A DNA stretch of 64,000 nucleotides from Antedon mediterranea. Taxonomy: Eukaryota > Animalia > Echinodermata. The notes below the pieces were generated by a model, which did no database searches, had not been told where the DNA came from, and was given only the letters and a program-made list of their open reading frames with translations. The translations under genes were made by a program, and so were the position numbers. Positions 35,224 through 46,468 of the stretch are shown in pieces (position 1 is the stretch's first letter; the number at the start of each line of letters is the position of its first letter). The stretch covers positions 4,804,201 to 4,868,200 of the forward strand of contig NC_092679.1 in NCBI RefSeq assembly GCF_964355755.1, in the 5' to 3' direction.

Positions 35224-38200
35224 ATGTTGAGATTTGTTTTTTATTTTGTCGGCCTATATTATGCCATTGGTAAGTGTATTAATAATAATTTTCTAATTTT
35301 CAGGATTCATAACATTTAAAACTAACATAAAAGTTTAACATTAAACAATTCTCTCACATAGGCTACGGCCACAAATATACATAAGAAGCTACTTTTCTAA
35401 TTTTTACTGTTTTGCTTTTTTGAAGGCAATGAATGTAAGCCCGGACAATATCAATGTCGGATGGGAAACTGCATAGACAAAGGTCGTATATGTGCTACTG
35501 ACGACACTTGTGATGATCAAAACTGTTGTGAGTGTTGTTAACACAGTTTTATTGGTTACGAATAAGTATACGAATTTAGAACGAAGGTATAAGTTTAAGG
35601 TTTAGAACATTGCCACTTACTACATGATTTGACAATTGTGTAGATCACAATGAATGAAATCTTCACACTTGCTTTTAGTAATCTTATTATACAAATTGTT
35701 TGCTCTGGTTTGCGCAGAATCGTAGAGAAGCCGCAGTCGCTGTTAGATAATCATGACTATAATATTATATTGCATAAAAATTGTTGTTACAGGGCAGCAT
35801 GTTTGTAATGATGAACAATTCGAATGTTTAAGTGGTGGATGTACACCCAAGGCCTACGTATGCGATGGATATGAACATTGTGACGATGGATCGGATGAAT
35901 TTATGTGCAGTAGGTGTAGTTATTTTTTTTTTAAGAAGGAGGGTATTGTCGATGTCTGTAATTAACCAGGGCCGTAGTAGGCCTATGCTTGGATGATCAA
36001 TCTCTTGTGAATAGTCAAATTACTCTCATGTCTTTGCGTTGCGTTCTAGTGGGAACCAATCTTTACAATTTTAAGCCTGTGTCGCGTGAAAAACAATAAT
36101 TCATTGATTTATGTAATGATAAGATAAGGAAAATGCGTGCGTTCTTCTAAAAATTGGTAAGTATGAGATATATTACTATGATCGTTCGTTTAGATACTGA
36201 CAACGTTAACGATATTTAATGAGAAAATCTCTTTTTTTGGTGAAAATAACTTAAACTAACTTATATAATTATTCAATTCATTCAATTTTGTAGATGTTTA
36301 TGAATGTAATGCATATCAAGTTCGATGTGATTCTAAATGTATTCCAGTATACAATGTGTGTAATGGCTCTCCTGATTGTTGGGATTTTTCAGATGAGGAG
36401 AATTGTCGTAAGTTCATTTCCAATTTGTAGTCCAACCATCAAAATCGTTTTTATTGGTTAAACTATTTTGAAACGGTTTATTTTTTCATCAATTTTGCAG
36501 CTGATGATGAATGTAACGAGTTCCAATTTCGATGTCTAAGCGGACAATGTGTTGGGCAAGTTTATGTATGTGATTTTGTCCCTGATTGTAGAGATTCTTC
36601 AGATGAGCTGAATTGTTGTAAGTTCATTACAACATTTGGAAATACTTTAGTAAATTTAAAAACAATTTGAAATTGGTTTTATGGAGCGAATAGCCGAAGC
36701 TTTACAATATGTTGTATAGTTGTCCATCTGTTTGTGCAGCTTACGTCTACTTGTTTTATAAAGCATCACGTAAATAAAGATAAAAAATTAAAAATAAATC
36801 ACAGGCTTTAGTTATTGGATTAAACTAATGCAGTAATATGCGAGTGTTCTTGCTGCTGTATTACAAGTATGTAGTAGGTCTACAGTTAGACTCGTTTTTA
36901 AATGGCTTGCGCTAATCGTCGGCTAGACTCTATCGAGTGACAGCTCTTATCAACACATTATTGGTCGCATTGTAACTCTAAACTAATCCACATTACTGGC
37001 ATAAATACCATCTTGTCTTTGTAGATGTCCATGAGTGCAGTGAATTTGAATTCCGATGTCTAAATGGTCAATGTATTAATGCTTTAAATAAATGTGATGA
37101 CGTCATCAACTGTAATGACTATTCAGATGAGGAGAATTGTTGTAAGTTGATATTTGGAACACTGTATTAGTTAAAATTACGCTCTCTTACCAATGTGTCA
37201 CAAAACCTCGTGCAAACGTAAGTAAATTATCTCGCCTAAGGATACAAGCAATGCGGCAAGATTTGGATTCGAACCTCGATCTCACGTCCAACACACTGCG
37301 CCCTTATTCGTGCATTATGACATTCAGTAAAATATTTTTTTATTTTTTTGAATTCCGAAAGACAACCTCTACCGCACTGAACTAGCAGTAACGACAGGAT
37401 CACGTTCAATTGACAGTGAGTATTCAAAACAAAAAATAAATGCTACATAATAAATATATACCAATCTATATTATATAATAAATGTATTTTAATTGTCATT
37501 TTCATGACTAAAGAAATTGAGTAGTTTTTTAGGCCTCCTGGTTATTTTTCAGTATTATATTCTTTTTACATTGCGACAATTACACAATTATATTAAAAGT
37601 ATTTGTTTTTGTCACAACACCACTAAAGTTTGGGTATGTAGGACGCAACGCACGGGCGTAAGCGCACTTGCGACACGATCAGTTCCACGCCCATTAACAG
37701 ACACCGCGCGCTGAGGACAATATGTACATAGTACAGTATTATTGGTATTTTTCGCAGCCAGACATAAGATCAAAGGACTGTTACGAGTTCTTATCTTGGC
37801 AAGACAAGCTCAGTGTTCTGTTAGATTACCTTTGCAAAACCAATCAGCGTTAAATAGGCCTACCCTAATTTTAAGAAAACATACAAATATCATTTTTTTT
37901 CTTTTGTGTGTAAGGCAGTCGATGTAGGCCAGACCAGTTCAGTTGTGGACAGAGGAACTGTATATCTATAGGTTTGATATGTGATTCGAGAAATGATTGT
38001 GGTGATGGTAGTGACGAAAGTAACTGTGGTAAGTAATTCACCTTCGTTACGCGATACAACGCAAGGACGTGGTGGCAAGGGTTAACTGACCAATGGTAAA
38101 CGAAAGTCCCTTTGAGAAAGCAGTAAATCTGGAACATCACCACTCGGACAATCATGGCAGCATTCCTTCTAGACATTGCAAGGTTAATGTTGGCTAAATA

Positions 38201-41200
38201 AAAATTGTAAAAATAATTTAAACCAAAAAAAGTTTGACCGGGGTTCGACACCATGATGCTTCTTTTTAAAACAGATAATGGGTTTATTTACTCGTGCCGT
38301 TTTACCCAAATGAAATTACCTCATAAAATATTCCGGATTGAATATATGTTTAATTTCACAGCGCAACATGTTTGTAATGAGCAACAAGTGACATGCGCAG
38401 TTGGATGTAAGCACAAGGCGGCTGTATGTAATTTTTTGGCAGATTGCCCGGATGGAGCGGATGAGCGCAATTGTAGTAAGTTTACTCTTTTGCATTATCA
38501 TATTAATTATAGTATGAATCCTGAGAGAGGTCAATGAGGTTAGGAGAAACAAGGACATGGGACATCCGAAAAGGGCAGTAACATGCAAAATGGGCAGGAA
38601 TAAACACGGGGCAAGAATGAACACTTGGCAGGACTGAACACGGGGCCAGAAGATAGGCAGCAACATGGGATAAAAATAAACATGGCTTAGACAGGAATGA
38701 AGATGAGACAGGAAAGAAGACGGATCAGGAATGAATATGTGACAGGAATGAACACGGGTCAGAAAAAAACATGGGATAGGAATGAAAACGGAGAGATGGG
38801 TGGCAGCAGGGCCAGGTATAAGCACGAGGCAGAATAAACATGGGATGGAATGAAGATGAGACAGGAATGAAAACGGGTCAGGAATGAATGTGTGACAGGA
38901 ATGAACACGGGTCAGGAAACAACATGGGACAGGAATGAAAACAGGGAGATGGATGGTAGCAGGGGCAGGGATAAGCACGGGGCAGGGATAAGCACGGGGC
39001 AGAATAAACATGGGATCGGAATGAAGATTGGACAGAAATAAACATGGGACAGGAATGATCATGGGACAGGAATGAAAACGGGAAGATAGGCAGCAGCACG
39101 AGGTAAGAATAAACACGAGGCAGAATAAACATGGGACAGAAATGAACAGGGTTCAGGAATGAACACGTGGCAAGAATGAACACGGGGCAGAATAAACACG
39201 TAAACATGTGACAGAAAATGAACACGGGACAGGAATGAACACGGGGCAAGAAGATTGGGAAGCAATAAGTGAAAACAGGGAGTTTGTTGTCCAATATATT
39301 AACTGTTGGCCAGGTATTATCTTATTGAATAATAGATTTTTGAACTTTGTTAATCAATAGATTATGGTGAATGTAATGAATATCAGTTCGATTGTGGATA
39401 TTGCATACCCAAGGCAATGGTGTGCATAGCTCAATGCAGTCTCGGATTGTTCTGCAGCAGTGGTAAGTAACTATGATTACAAGCTCTTTTTTAAATGAAA
39501 TTGAAGTTGCATAGGTTGGTTACGTTTACTTCTTCTACGTATAAATGCAAAAAAATACACCAGTTAAAAAACCTATAGGAGGTCAAGTTAAATAAACTGT
39601 GAAACCTATTGAAGTTATATCTGAGGTGTATCGATGCTATATTGAAGCTATCAACGCAGAGGTATAAAGCGTGGTTCCCACTAGAACGCAACGCAGCGAC
39701 GTATCGACGAAACAGTGCTGCAAACATCACGCTACAGCATGGTCCACACTATTGTCTTAAGCGTGGTTCCCACTAGCGACGCAACGCAAGGACGTAACGC
39801 AACGCAAGTGATTGATTGATTGAAATATATATTTATACTGGGTAACCTCTTCAGTCAAAGACTGGTCTCCCAGAGGGCCCAGTTGGTGATCAGTGGCTGT
39901 GATGTACTAATACACCGGGGTAACCCCCTACTCGTCTCGAAAGATGTACTAGGTTCTTTAAAGTGCACACGAGCAAGTTGTGTACACTGGACCTACGGTT
40001 TATAGTCCTTATCCGAGAAGACTCGTTCTACCACCAGAACCATGGAGTGAGTGAGCCTCGAACCTCTGCCGATGTTATGGCTACGTGATTACGGTTCCAC
40101 TGTCTTAACCGCTCGGCCACTCACCCAGTGAATTGACCAATCACAAGCGATGGCTTATTCCCGTGTGATTGCTAACCGTCTGTAACTTCGCTTGTCATTG
40201 GTTAAAACGCTTGCGTTGCGTTTACGTCCTTGCGTTACGTTCTAGTGGGAACCACGCTTTACGTTGCGTGGGCTGCGTTACGTTGCGTCGCTAGTGGGAA
40301 CAATGCTTTAGAGAGAGACCGTACAGTACAATAAAATATAGAAAACATTACATTTTTTAGGTAACTATGAGTGTAATGAATTCCAATATCGATGTACAAG
40401 TGGACAATGTATTGTTGAAAACTCAGTATGCAATAACATTAATGATTGTGAAGACAATTCAGATGAAGAAAACTGTCGTAAGCAAAAACATAGACATCAT
40501 TTAATAAAATCTCTACTAAAATAATATCAAACCACACAATAGTTTCGGAAGAGAAAGGAATTAATATGCATGTTCTGAACCAGAGCCGTAAACCAGCAGG
40601 CGCTGGAAACGTTTCAATCTAACCACTTTTTTACAGGACACACTACAAAAACACATTTTTTTTGTATAGTACCTGTAGTATTAATAATTATCTTATAACC
40701 CAACTACCTTTAAATGATAAAAAAGAAACAACAAATTAAGTACCCTTTCTTATTTGTGGTGTAAATAGTCCACAAATAATGTTATAACCCACGACAACCA
40801 TCTTTAAAATGATTTTAACACATTGCAACATTTATGTAATTTGTTTTAGACATTTGTAAAGGTTCTAAAGAAAGAACTTACAGTAAGTTCCAAGAATTAC
40901 AATCTTCCTAAATTTCGGTAACAAACTCTACGTTGATTGTAGATATGCTAGAAGTTGAAGATACCGCATCACCATCGAATTCTCTTCTTGGTGTCAGCGG
41001 CAGCACAACAAACTCGAATGAACTTTCTACCCAACAAATAACTTCCATTTTAAATGTTGAAGAAAGAAGAACTGTTAAAGACAACCACGAACTCAATACT
41101 GACCTAACCGTAACCACAGTAACAACAAGTGACTCGACTGAAAACGCCGATGAAGTTACGACCATACAAGAGACAATTCTCTCAACTGACGGTAAGTTCT

Positions 41201-44200
41201 TTTTCTGTAGTCCTACCCTGTCTTGTCGATGATGACATATTCTGATATAATTCATCAAGCGCCATTATTATAACATAGTAAATCAACACGAACCTATAGG
41301 TTATCACAAATCCTACAGAAATAATAGTAATTCAAATTATTTGTTTTATTTCTGTAGGCCTACTGTATAATAGCAAATCAAATTATTAGTTTTATTTCTG
41401 TACTGTATAATTTCACATTATATTTCAGTCAATTTTGAAGCTGAATTACCAAATTTTTCTATTATTGTTGTTTCTGAAACAACAATTGTCAAAGTTTCTA
41501 CTACGGCTAAAGAGAGTGTCAAAGGTCAGTAAAGAAAAATGAGAAGTAAAAATAAGTACGTACTTAAATTAAACATAAATGTAATAGGCTGTACTTTCAG
41601 TTTTCTTAATTTTCATTTACTTATTAATCAACTGCTCGTTAGACTATGATCTAATTGAATTTAAATAGGTAGATTCACTCCAGTGTCTAGTGTACTCCAT
41701 ATAACCCAACTTTGTGAACCCATAGAGCTCGGGAGAAGGTTTTCGAAAATAAAGGCCTAACTAATCGATTTTTCAGATGGACCATACAAACTTGTTGCAA
41801 GATTGACTGAAGCAGAACCAATAAATAAACGGAAAACTGTGTAAGTTTAATGGTAAATGATTGAACGTTAAAGGTTTGAGACTTAACCGGAAACTGAAGA
41901 AATTCGAATTGAGCCCTCCGCGGACCCACGGCAGTCAGCAGTGCAGCGCCTATCAGATCAGCCCCCTACTCTTTGCGAATACTAAGTTCTTTAACATACA
42001 CTATATACACGGGACCAACGGCTTTCCGTCCAATCCGAAGGGCGAGTAAATGAGAGAAAATCATCTTGGTGGATACACTTAGTATGGTAAAGATATGCTC
42101 GGTCACCTATATCTATCACATGCGTCCTATAGTATTTATTACACAATTACTCTAGATCTCCGGAATATACATCACCCGCATTGATTCCAGACGGTCTCCT
42201 ATCGACCAGAATGGCAACCCTTGATCTGACGAGAACCGGTGCTTCAACGCGGTATAATTGAACTATTATTGAATACATTATAATAAAAGACAACCCATTT
42301 TGTTCTTTTACTATAACTATCCAGATCTTCAAGTACTGTCGATATTTTCATAATGTGAACTTACTTAAAAATATTTCTATTATTCTATTATATATAAACT
42401 TCTATTTTCAGAGAAGGAGAATTTCTCCCAAGCGCCTCTGACATTGTGGAAGTTATCGTTTACAACAAAAATAACAAGTCTATCAGTACGGAATGCGAGA
42501 TAGTGTTCAATAATATTACGTTGAAGAATTTAGCTACAGAAAACGAAACGGATATTTTATATTTACCAGTTTGCCATTTTACACATGGAAGACCTAATTC
42601 GTATGTAAACTTATCTTTGTTTATTTTATTATATTACATCATAGTAGGGCAAAATATCTGATGGATTAGTAGGCCTACTATATTTCTTGTAAGGTAAAGG
42701 TGACGATTTTTATTAATTTTAGGACATGGTCAACAGAGGGATGTTTAACGGTGTACCATTACGATTATGTCATCAGTGGTGTGACGTGTACATGCAATCA
42801 CCTGACGTCATTTGTGGTTCTCATGAAACCGAACTATGTGAGATTAAAACTTTACTCAGTCAAATATTTGTTTATGTTGCTATACCAATGTAATATTATA
42901 ACGAAAAACCTGGTGAAACAAATAGAATCGTTAGTTCGTTCGTTCGTTCGTTCGTTTTTATTTCACAATGCATCAAACTTAATATTTTTACATAATAAGT
43001 ATTAAATAAAAAAATGCAAAGCCTGGAAAAGACCAAATAAGCTCAATATAGAGCTTTAAGCCTGGTTTCACCAGTACAAAATACACTAATTAACTAGTAT
43101 ATAGTGATGAATGGTATAGTATTTTTATGATAACAGTTAGTAAATTAAACATATACAAATAGCCATATTTTGTTAAAATTAAAAGATTTGCACGTATCGC
43201 TAGGCAACCATGACAATAAATAAAAAGATGTCACTGAGAAAATATTAATAAGCTATTATTCTTTTAATGGCCTCACTTGACAAAAAACGTCTTTTTTGTA
43301 AAGGTTAAAATGCAAAATACAAAATTAAATACACTTCATTAGTGCCCTAATCATTTTTTTTTTTGGTTATTTAGAAAAAATCACAAAATGAGAAGAGGGC
43401 AATATCTATGCTTACAAACATCACAATTGGAATGTCTAGTGTTTTTCTCATAATAACGCTTATTACGATAATCAGCATAAGGTAAGCTAATTGGAAATTG
43501 CGTCGCTGTTATCGAAAGTAAATCGCGGCATTTTTATCCATAGGCCTGTAAAGCAACAAAAGGCTTATACTATAGGTCCCACTTTTCATAAAATTAGTTT
43601 GAATTCTGTGTCTGTTTAACGTGTTAATATTAATTCTGAATTCAGTCACTACTTCAATTCGATTCCTATAATCAACTTCTTAATTTTAATTGTGAACGAG
43701 TTTGTTTTCTTTTGCCTGTGTTCGTGGAATAAACAAAACTACACACGACAGAGTTAATTCAAATTCATGATGTCTTTTATTATTTTAATATTGGTCATTT
43801 TTTAATTTTAGTTTGTTTAATACACATACTTTGTTATATGTTTTTATTTCAGAGAATTGAGAAATTCCGACAGATATAGGTTGTTACGTCATCTGGTAAT
43901 CGCTTTACTTTTGATGCATTTGTTCTTTCCTTTCTTAAATCTAAATGTGAGTTCTCCCTTTTTTCGGATATAAGTCGTTTTGAAAAGTTTATAGAAACTC
44001 TATGCTGATTCATTTATGATGTTACATTTTTTTATCATTAGAGATTATCATTAACACGATACTCTATAACAAATTTATTTACAGTCTAAAAACTAGTGCA
44101 CATGCAATGCACAGACAAATTGTGACATTTTTTTCCCTAATAGATTCGTAATCAATTTGCGTGTGCTTTCCTTGCTGGATGTCTTCACTACAGCTTGATG

Positions 44201-46017
44201 GTAGCGTTCTTTTGGATGTTGATTATGTCAACAGATATATACATAAAGATTAAACACTCATTTATGGATCATGAAAAACGATTTGTTTACTGTCGTTACA
44301 TCGGTTGGATTGCACCCGGTATTGTTGTTCTCATAACTGCGTGCGCAACAAGAGAAAACTACGCATCTGATGGGTAAATCCTTTTTACACAATTGATCTG
44401 AGCGTACACGCGTACCGCGAATGAACGCGCGCGTACAACAAATGTACAATTATCAGCATTTTGACGCACGTTTAATTCACCGATCACCATAACCCATCAG
44501 CAACAATAATGAAGGAGAATCATTCATTTTTAATGTTTCAATCTTTGTAATACAATATTTTCAGACTTTTGTCTGCTTTTTCTAAATTTGTAATACATAA
44601 ATAAATTAGACCGACAACAATTGACCGGAACCTGGAATGTTCGAATTGTATGACAAGTTTGTTCCATAAACATGAATCGCATTTGTTTAGTTGTAAAAAT
44701 ATTGCATATTCGATGCTTAATGTAATTTATGAGTTTGTAATTGAATGCAATAGTATTTTTTAATTAAATAAACTTTCTGTATATTTTTAAAAACTCATTA
44801 GATGTTGGTTGGACACTGACTCGGGTGCAATATGGACTTTTATTTCTTGTGTCTGTATTACTATCATGGTAAATATTGTTCAATGTATATTACTCAGTAT
44901 CGGTGATATGAGAGGTGAAGAATTTGGAAATTACATATTCACCATAACATACGCTATCAATGTGCTGTTTTACATTTTATTTTGTAGATTGTTCTTGTTC
45001 AGATGACTGTTGTTGGGGTTTTAATTTACAAGAAGTCTAAGCTACCAAATCAGAGTAAAAATGACATTGACTCTCTTAAACGGCTGAGGTAATTTTAAAA
45101 TACACTCAAAAGATATTCAATTGAGCTACGATATTTTCCTTTTGATTTTACCTTTTGGGACTTTGCCACTTTCAAAACTCAAAAGAAATGTATTACCATT
45201 TTAAAGACACATCGTTCTTTTCCAGTTTGTTTTATTCTCATAAAATATTTGTAAATTAAAAAGATGTTCTTTTTTATTGTTGTATTGAAAGAAATAAATG
45301 TTAAATTGAATTGAATTGAATATATGTAGCCTACGTACTTTTGTTGGCGCAGCTTAAATAGAATACCGTTTTATTATAAGAATAACTAAATGTCGAGCAG
45401 CATTTATTTGACAATTAAATATATATACCGGTAGCCTACGTACTTTTGTTGACGCAGTTTAAGTAGAATACTGTTTTATTATGAGCAGCATTGATTTGAC
45501 ATTTTCTTAATGTACATCTATTTTAAATTAAACAGAACCATGATAGGAGGTTTGCTGACCGTTACTCCAGTCGTTGGAATTCCTTGGATGTTTGGTATAA
45601 TCATCATTTTTGATGATTCTGAGACAATGCAATACATATTCGTTATTTTAAATAGCACGCAGGGATTCTTTATTTGGCTGACACAGTGCTTCTTTAGCAA
45701 TGAGGTAATTAACGTGCGCGTACAAACCGTGATAATCAGTATTACTAGTTTCACATATGGCGTTCCATACGTATAACAAATGAGCCCAGGACGCATTATT
45801 TTTTTCCCTATCCAATTAAGGCAGAAATCATGAATACTTAATTACCTTTTGTTTTGTGAAACAATTAACACGATTGTCACATGTGCACTATAAGCAAATG
45901 TGTTTTATTTCACTTATATTGCAGGTAAGACGTGCAGTGAAGAAGAGTTTGAACAACAAAATAGGACCTATCTTTGATAACACCAGTTCTATACTATCAC
46001 GTTCAACGGACATCTAA
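35224..46017 (+). CDS. LDLa-repeat adhesion GPCR, gene B (~877 aa, apparently intact)
   Basis: Signal exon 35224-35269. Nine LDLa exons: 35426-35527, 35793-35909, 36294-36407, 36501-36617, 37025-37141, 37915-38028, 38362-38475, 39361-39462, 40361-40477. Stalk 40943-41191. GAIN region 41429-41524, 41777-41840, 42412-42600. GPS 42723-42837. 7TM 43375-43481, 43853-43946, 44144-44373, 44802-44868, 44988-45088, 45536-45704. Last exon 45925-46017. Exons total 2634 nt with consistent phases. Confidence 0.9.
38550..39260. repeat. Degenerate ~17-bp intronic satellite (CAGGAATGAACATGGGA-like); paralogous copy ~58660-59520
   Basis: Purine-rich periodic repeat between LDLa7 and LDLa8 in both gene B and gene C. 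Confidence 0.85.
39760..40258. mobile_element. Harbinger-type MITE nested in a related older MITE (~39668-40308) and itself interrupted by a SINE
   Basis: Same TIRs as 27686-27864; TTA duplication; empty site in gene C at ~60286. Confidence 0.85.
39811..40126 (-). mobile_element. Full-length tRNA-derived SINE with Deu-like core
   Basis: A box TGGCCGAGCGG, B box GGTTCGAGGC, core TCGGATAAGGACTATAAACCGTAGGTCC..TAAAGAACC..GAGTAGGGG..CCCCGGTGT resembling the DeuSINE domain, (CAAT)n tail, AGTG target duplication. Confidence 0.8.
41878..42050 (-). mobile_element. Deu-like SINE fragment; paralogous copy ~63494-63640
   Basis: Minus strand CCTTCGGATTGGACGGAAAGCCGTTGGTCCCG..TAAAGAAC..GAGTAGGGG. Confidence 0.6.
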
Positions 46018-46468
46018 ATGAAAATAGAGGAGAACCAGTAATTTATATTAACTTGAAGAATTAATTTAAGTTTGTATTTTACGTCATAAGCACATACTGT
46101 ACGTTTTAAAACATTAATTGTTTTGCACTGTTATTTATCAATGTACTAGCAGCAGTACCCGTCTTCGACGGGTGGGTATAACTTTATAAGCTCAGAGTTC
46201 AACCGAGAAAATGATCGAGAGAAGTTATCAATTTATATAGAATTTTTTTGAAGACGTCTTAAAGAAATTTAAATTGAATTTTTTATTGATGACTGTCTTA
46301 CAGTAACCAGCCCAATGAAATAAGTCAGTATCAAATAATATACTGAGCTGCATTCGTGATTGAGAATTTTCATATAGTGCAAAGAGACCAATGTGAATGA
46401 AATGGTTACGAACCATGTTTTAAATTTTTCTTTTTAAACTGTAGGTAAATGTAAATGAAGACGATATA

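Noticed and set aside
38316-39294. Cys/Pro/Phe-rich minus-strand ORFs (also 58467-59561)
   Set aside because: Antisense translations of the intronic satellite.
40850-40882. 33-nt phase-1 micro-exon before the stalk exon
   Set aside because: Good splice signals, but the following intron would be only 60 nt in B and 46 nt in one C copy; left out of the models.
40908-41258. 116-aa minus-strand ORF (also 61753-62103, 62555-62905, 29017-29493, 45518-45796)
   Set aside because: Antisense shadows of real plus-strand exons.
8850-46017. GRL101/RXFP-type LGR or LDL-receptor identity
   Set aside because: No leucine-rich repeats, YWTD or EGF exons; GPS motif and secretin-like 7TM signatures (LHY..FFWM, CWL, LNS.QGFFI) indicate the adhesion class.
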